Below are positions 60,299-64,000 of a stretch of 64,000 nucleotides of DNA, piece after piece (within the stretch, counting starts at the first letter, position 1; each line of letters begins with the position of its first letter). The notes below the pieces were generated by a model. That model was not told the DNA's origin. It ran no database searches and saw only the letters and a program-made list of their open reading frames with translations. A program made the position numbers and the translations under genes. The stretch comes from Gammaproteobacteria bacterium (lineage in GTDB: Bacteria; Pseudomonadota; Gammaproteobacteria; JACCXJ01), in NCBI GenBank assembly GCA_050740695.1, contig JBOIDR010000008.1, positions 4-64,003 of the forward strand. Reading direction: 5' to 3'.

Positions 60299-60500
60299 AT
60301 GAACTGGGATCAAGTCCAAGGTAACTGGACGCGAGTCGAAGGCAAGGCCAAGCAGATGTGGGGTGATTTAACGGACGATGAGCTCGATACGATCGCCGGG
60401 AAGCGGGATGCATTGGTCGGGCGGCTGCATCAAGTATGGCTTCAGCAAGGAGAGAGCCCAAGAAGAGCTGGATCAAAAAACTCTGGCCCACGCTGGCTAG
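60299..60500 (+). pseudogene. CsbD-family stress protein gene with a 1-nt frameshift
   Basis: MNWDQVQGNWTRVEGKAKQMWGDLTDDELDTIAGKRDALVGRL runs in frame 1. The expected end IKYGFSKERAQEELDQKTLAHAG-stop is in the next frame from 60429. Confidence 0.7.
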
Positions 60501-60690
60501 CCGGCAAATCCTGGGCGACCGAGCCCGTCCGGTTGAGCAGATCACTCGTCCGCTGTTAATACAGATACCAGAACTGGGATCTCCATTGAGGTGATTACCC
60601 GCACGGCGCAGGCTACCTCTACGGGAAGCGACTCGGGGTCGACGCGCGGAGGCGCGGCATCCCGGAAGGCCGGCGTTGCTTAGCTCTGCT

Positions 60691-61602
60691 ATGGCTCCGC
60701 CCATCCCGATCATATTCAATGACGCCGCGGGATCGGATACGAGCGTGGAGGTGCGGGCGCGCATCGCGGAAGCGTTCCACGATCTCGGGGCCGAGGCGCA
60801 TTTCCTGATTGCGAAGAGCGGGGAGGAGATTGTGGATCTGGCACGCCGTGCGGGTGACGGGGATGCCGGCCCAGTGGTCGCCGCAGGTGGGGATGGGACG
60901 ATCAACACCGTGGCGTCCGTCCTTATCGAGACCGATCGCACGCTCGGGGTGCTGCCGCTCGGGACCCTCAATCACTTCGCCAAGGATCTCAATATTCCCC
61001 TCACCCTGGGCGAATCCGTGCGCACGATCCTCGGGGGTACGGTGGCGCAAGTGGACGTCGGGGAGGTCAACGGCCGATTCTTTCTCAACAATTCGGGTCT
61101 CGGACTCTATCCGATGATCGTACGCCGTCGCGAGAGGCTGCAAGATCGCCTGGGCCACGGCAAGTGGCCGGCGTTCCTGTGGGCGGCGCTCTCCGTGCTG
61201 CGCCGCTACCCCTTCCTCGTGGTCCGCGTGAACGCGGACGACCACGAATCGGTGCGGCGCACTCCGTTCCTCTTCATCGGCAACAACGAATACGAGCTCG
61301 CGGGTTTCGAGATCGGCACCCGCAAACGCCTCGATGCAGGACGGCTATGTCTCTACATGGCGCGCCGCACCGGGCGCCTTGGGCTCCTGCGCTTCGCCAT
61401 GCGCGCCCTGGCCGGCAGGTTGCAAAACGAGAAGGATTTCGATGCGCTCTGTACCGAAGAGGTCTACATCGAGACGAGACGCACGCGCATGCACGTCGCG
61501 ATCGACGGTGAGGTCACCGTGATGCCCACCCCACTCCACTACCGGGTTCGCCCCGGAGCGCTCCGGGTGCTCGTGCCCGCTGCGGAAACGGCGGAGCAGT
61601 GA
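60691..61602 (+). CDS. diacylglycerol/lipid kinase family protein (YegS/BmrU-like)
   Basis: VVAAGGDGTINTVASVL and LGVLPLGTLNHFAKDL motifs. ATG at 60691; a TTG at 60676 is also possible. Confidence 0.85.
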   Translation: MAPPIPIIFNDAAGSDTSVEVRARIAEAFHDLGAEAHFLIAKSGEEIVDLARRAGDGDAGPVVAAGGDGTINTVASVLIETDRTLGVLPLGTLNHFAKDLNIPLTLGESVRTILGGTVAQVDVGEVNGRFFLNNSGLGLYPMIVRRRERLQDRLGHGKWPAFLWAALSVLRRYPFLVVRVNADDHESVRRTPFLFIGNNEYELAGFEIGTRKRLDAGRLCLYMARRTGRLGLLRFAMRALAGRLQNEKDFDALCTEEVYIETRRTRMHVAIDGEVTVMPTPLHYRVRPGALRVLVPAAETAEQ

Positions 61603-61670
61603 ACGCTCTTAGACTGATCGCGGTTCCTTCCGATCGCCGCTTAGAGTAATCGTTCTGATTTCGTCGTCGC

Positions 61671-62513
61671 GTGCGCACCGTCGTTCATCTCTCCGATCTG
61701 CATTTCGGGCAAATCGATGAGGCGATCCTCGCCCCGCTCATCGCCATGATCGATGGGATCGGGCCGGATCTTGTGGCAGTCTCGGGCGATCTGACCCAGC
61801 GCGCGCAGAGCTCGCAGTTCGAACAGGCGCGGGCATTGCTGGAAGCGCTCCGAGCGCCGCGGATCGTCGTGCCGGGTAACCACGACGTGCCGATGCGCAA
61901 TCTCTTCGCGCGCTTTTTCCGCCCGCTCGCCAAGTATCGCCACTACATCACGGAGGACCTCGCGCCGTTTTATCGTGACGAGGAGATCATGGTAGTCGGC
62001 ATCAACACCGCGCGCTCACTTACGATCAAGGGTGGGCGCATCAACGAAACGCAGATTGAAATGCTGCGCGAACGGCTAAGCGATGGGGGAGGGGAGATGG
62101 TCAGGATCCTGGTCACGCACCACCCTTTTCACGTGCCCGAAGGCGGAGACGAGGATGATCTGGTTCGCTGTCCGCCAGAGGCCAAGGCCAAGCTCGGCCA
62201 ATGCCGACTCGACGTCCTGCTGGCGGGCCATCTGCATCGCGGCCATACCGGGCCACTCGCCGAGCGTTTTAGGATCGGCGGCTACAGCGCGCTTGCGGTC
62301 AGCGCGGGCACCGCGATCTCGACGCGCGTGCGCGGGGAGCCCAACTCCTTCAATGTGCTGCGCATCGAGCAGCCGCACATCCATGTCAGCCGCCACTCCT
62401 GGGAGCCCGATTGCACGGGGTTCGTCGCGGCAAGCTCCGAACGGTTTACGCGCACGCCGACCGGCTGGGCGCGGGCGGTCGGCTCGCAGGTGCACGATGC
62501 TCAGTCTATATAG
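61671..62513 (+). CDS. metallophosphoesterase
   Basis: GTG start. HLSDLHFG, SGDLT, GNHD and HHP motifs of calcineurin-like phosphoesterases. Confidence 0.8.
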   Translation: MRTVVHLSDLHFGQIDEAILAPLIAMIDGIGPDLVAVSGDLTQRAQSSQFEQARALLEALRAPRIVVPGNHDVPMRNLFARFFRPLAKYRHYITEDLAPFYRDEEIMVVGINTARSLTIKGGRINETQIEMLRERLSDGGGEMVRILVTHHPFHVPEGGDEDDLVRCPPEAKAKLGQCRLDVLLAGHLHRGHTGPLAERFRIGGYSALAVSAGTAISTRVRGEPNSFNVLRIEQPHIHVSRHSWEPDCTGFVAASSERFTRTPTGWARAVGSQVHDAQSI

Positions 62514-63042
62514 CATCGATACGGCGCTCCTGTCATTTGCCGCGGCTCATCGCTCCGAGCTGCTCGATCAGTTGTTTCGTGGAATTACCTGGCTCGGCTC
62601 ACTCTACGTTCTTATCCCGGCGGGAATCGCTTTGGCGAGCCTGCTGGCCCATCGTCGGAATCGATTCGAGGCCCTGCTCTTGGGGATGGGCCTCGGCGGG
62701 GCCGCGCTCATGGCCTACACCATTAAGCGGATTCTAATGAGGCCTCGGCCCGCGCTTTACCCGCTCTTGATCGAGCTACCCGTCTCGGATTCGTTCCCGA
62801 GCGCGCATGTCGCTCACGCGACGGCGTTTTTCCTGTGCCTGGTCCTTATCGTGCGCCGCCAAGCCCCCGAGTGGACAGGGTGGGTCGCCTTCGGGACACT
62901 GGTGGTGGTGGCCTGCGTGGCCGCCTCTCGGATCTACCTGCAGGTGCACTTTCCATCGGATACGCTGGGCGGGATGGTCTTAGGGGTGTTGTGGGTGAGT
63001 GTGGTCTATAAGCTCATGCTTCGGAGGGAGCGGCAAGCATAG
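62497..63042 (+). CDS. PAP2-family membrane phosphatase
   Basis: Start at ATG 62497, overlapping the previous gene by 17 nt. KRILMRPRP, SFPSAH and SRIYLQVHFPSD are the three PAP2 motifs. Confidence 0.8.
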   Translation: MLSLYSIDTALLSFAAAHRSELLDQLFRGITWLGSLYVLIPAGIALASLLAHRRNRFEALLLGMGLGGAALMAYTIKRILMRPRPALYPLLIELPVSDSFPSAHVAHATAFFLCLVLIVRRQAPEWTGWVAFGTLVVVACVAASRIYLQVHFPSDTLGGMVLGVLWVSVVYKLMLRRERQA

Positions 63043-63121
63043 CGGTCTACGAGCCGGTTCCGTAGGCCCCCTGCTTCTAGCCATTCTTGGGCGTCGGGAA
63101 TGATCCCGAAACCGCGAAGCG

Positions 63122-64000
63122 TCACCCCACCGACGCGAACGACAGCGCGCTGTCCTTCTCCGGCACGCCGACGCGGGCGACGCGCACGGCGCAGAACTTG
63201 AACTCGGGGATCTTGCCGTAGGGGTCGAGGGCCTCGGTGGTCAGGAGGTTGGCGGCGGCCTCGTGGTAGCAGAACGCCATGAACACCGAATTGCGCTGCA
63301 TGCCGGTATCGGATCGAGCGCGTCCCTCGATGCTTCCGCGCCGGGAATCGATTCTGATCATATCCCCAGGCAGGGCGCCGATCTGGTTCAAGTCCTCGGG
63401 GTGGATGCTGATGACGGGCTCGGGCTCCAGGGCGTCGAGCACGGTCGCGCGTCGAGTCATGCTCCCGGTGTGCCAGTGCTCGAGATGGCGACCGGTGATG
63501 AACGCGAAGGGATAGTGCTCGTCGGGCCACTCGTTGGCCTCGATGTAATCCGCCGGGACGAAACGGCCGCGGCCATCCTCGGTCGGGAAGCCGTCGGTGA
63601 AGATCACGGGCTCTCCCGGATCGCCCTCCTCGATAAGCGGATAGGTGAGGGAGTCTACCCGCGTGAGCCGCTCCCACGTCATGCCGGCCATGGTGGGCAC
63701 GGCCTTGCGGATCTCCTCGAAGACCTCCTCGGGGCCCTCGTAGTTCCAGTCGAGCCCGATGCGGCGCGCGATCTCCTGGATGATCCAGAGGTCCTGGCGC
63801 GCATCGCCCGGAGGATCGATGGCCTGGCGGCCGAGCTGCACGCGTCGGTCGGTATTGGTGAAAGTCCCGGTCTTCTCCGGGAAGGCCGAGGCCGGGAGGA
63901 TCACGTCCGCAAATCCCGCGGTCTCGGTGAAGAAGATGTCCTGCACGACCAGGTGATCCAGTAATGCCAGCGCCTCGCGGGCGTGGTTGAGATTGGGATC
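63122..64000 (-). CDS. formate dehydrogenase alpha subunit / molybdopterin oxidoreductase, C-terminal part (continues beyond the window)
   Basis: ADVILPASAFPEKTGTFTNTDRRVQ...FITGRHLEHWHTGSMTRR...IHPEDL...GDMIRIDSRRGSI...PEFKFCAVRV is the MopB C-terminal/dinucleotide-binding region. The frame stays open to the window edge. Confidence 0.85.
   Translation of the reverse strand, partial: DPNLNHAREALALLDHLVVQDIFFTETAGFADVILPASAFPEKTGTFTNTDRRVQLGRQAIDPPGDARQDLWIIQEIARRIGLDWNYEGPEEVFEEIRKAVPTMAGMTWERLTRVDSLTYPLIEEGDPGEPVIFTDGFPTEDGRGRFVPADYIEANEWPDEHYPFAFITGRHLEHWHTGSMTRRATVLDALEPEPVISIHPEDLNQIGALPGDMIRIDSRRGSIEGRARSDTGMQRNSVFMAFCYHEAAANLLTTEALDPYGKIPEFKFCAVRVARVGVPEKDSALSFASVG

Noticed and set aside
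60132-60971. 279-aa minus-strand ORF spanning the csbD-lipid kinase region
   Set aside because: It runs antisense to two recognisable plus-strand genes, is Ser/Arg/Pro/Ala-rich and has no motif.

Overview
GC-rich chromosomal window with gammaproteobacterium-like gene content and order; the taxon cannot be fixed from sequence alone. It splits into five blocks.

- **1-16.5 kb, conserved housekeeping block, almost all on the minus strand.** It holds an MBL-fold hydrolase, dsbC, a Hanks kinase, xerD and a scrambled MGMT-like ORF. These are followed by rplS-trmD-rimM-rpsP, pnp-rpsO-truB-rbfA-infB-nusA-rimP-tRNA-fMet and the AmmeMemoRadiSam pair amrB/amrA.
- **16.5-19.6 kb, visibly lower-GC stretch of gene remnants.** Pieces of comM, glnS, a TauE-type gene and a PAS/LuxR regulator lie among two small ORFs.
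- **19.6-27.9 kb.** A phosphofructokinase, a BepA-like M48 protease, an HpnN-like MMPL transporter, a truncated TonB-dependent receptor, an alpha/beta hydrolase and a HugZ-like protein.
- **28.1-45 kb, the unusual part.**
  - Two IS91-family transposase remnants bracket an accessory segment. In it, a TIR-domain gene is split in frame by a miniature IS200/IS605 derivative.
  - An intact mfd follows. Downstream of it are two progressively degraded mosaic copies of mfd itself, at 36.96-37.98 kb and 44.37-45.0 kb.
  - These copies bracket a DUF4160/DUF2442 pair and a lower-GC three-gene cluster of a six-heme cytochrome c, a beta-barrel protein and a vanadium-haloperoxidase/PAP2-like protein.
- **45-64 kb.**
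  - A cation/proton antiporter and regB/regA.
  - A decayed hydrolase-TPR / TcmP / DUF5131 trio.
  - cysB, tauE and a desaturase.
  - egtB-egtD-hydantoinase and a frameshifted csbD.
  - A lipid kinase/phosphoesterase/PAP2 trio.
  - The 3-prime part of a formate dehydrogenase alpha subunit.

I saw no rRNA, no CRISPR array, and no intact transposase or integrase apart from xerD. The strongest leads:

1. The nested mfd mosaics and their link to rolling-circle IS91 remnants.
2. The cytochrome/beta-barrel cluster they enclose.
3. The IS-split TIR gene.
4. A perfect 29-bp palindromic element sitting on the rbfA start.
5. A triple compensated frameshift in the MGMT-like gene.

All homology calls are by eye from motifs. 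No database search was run.
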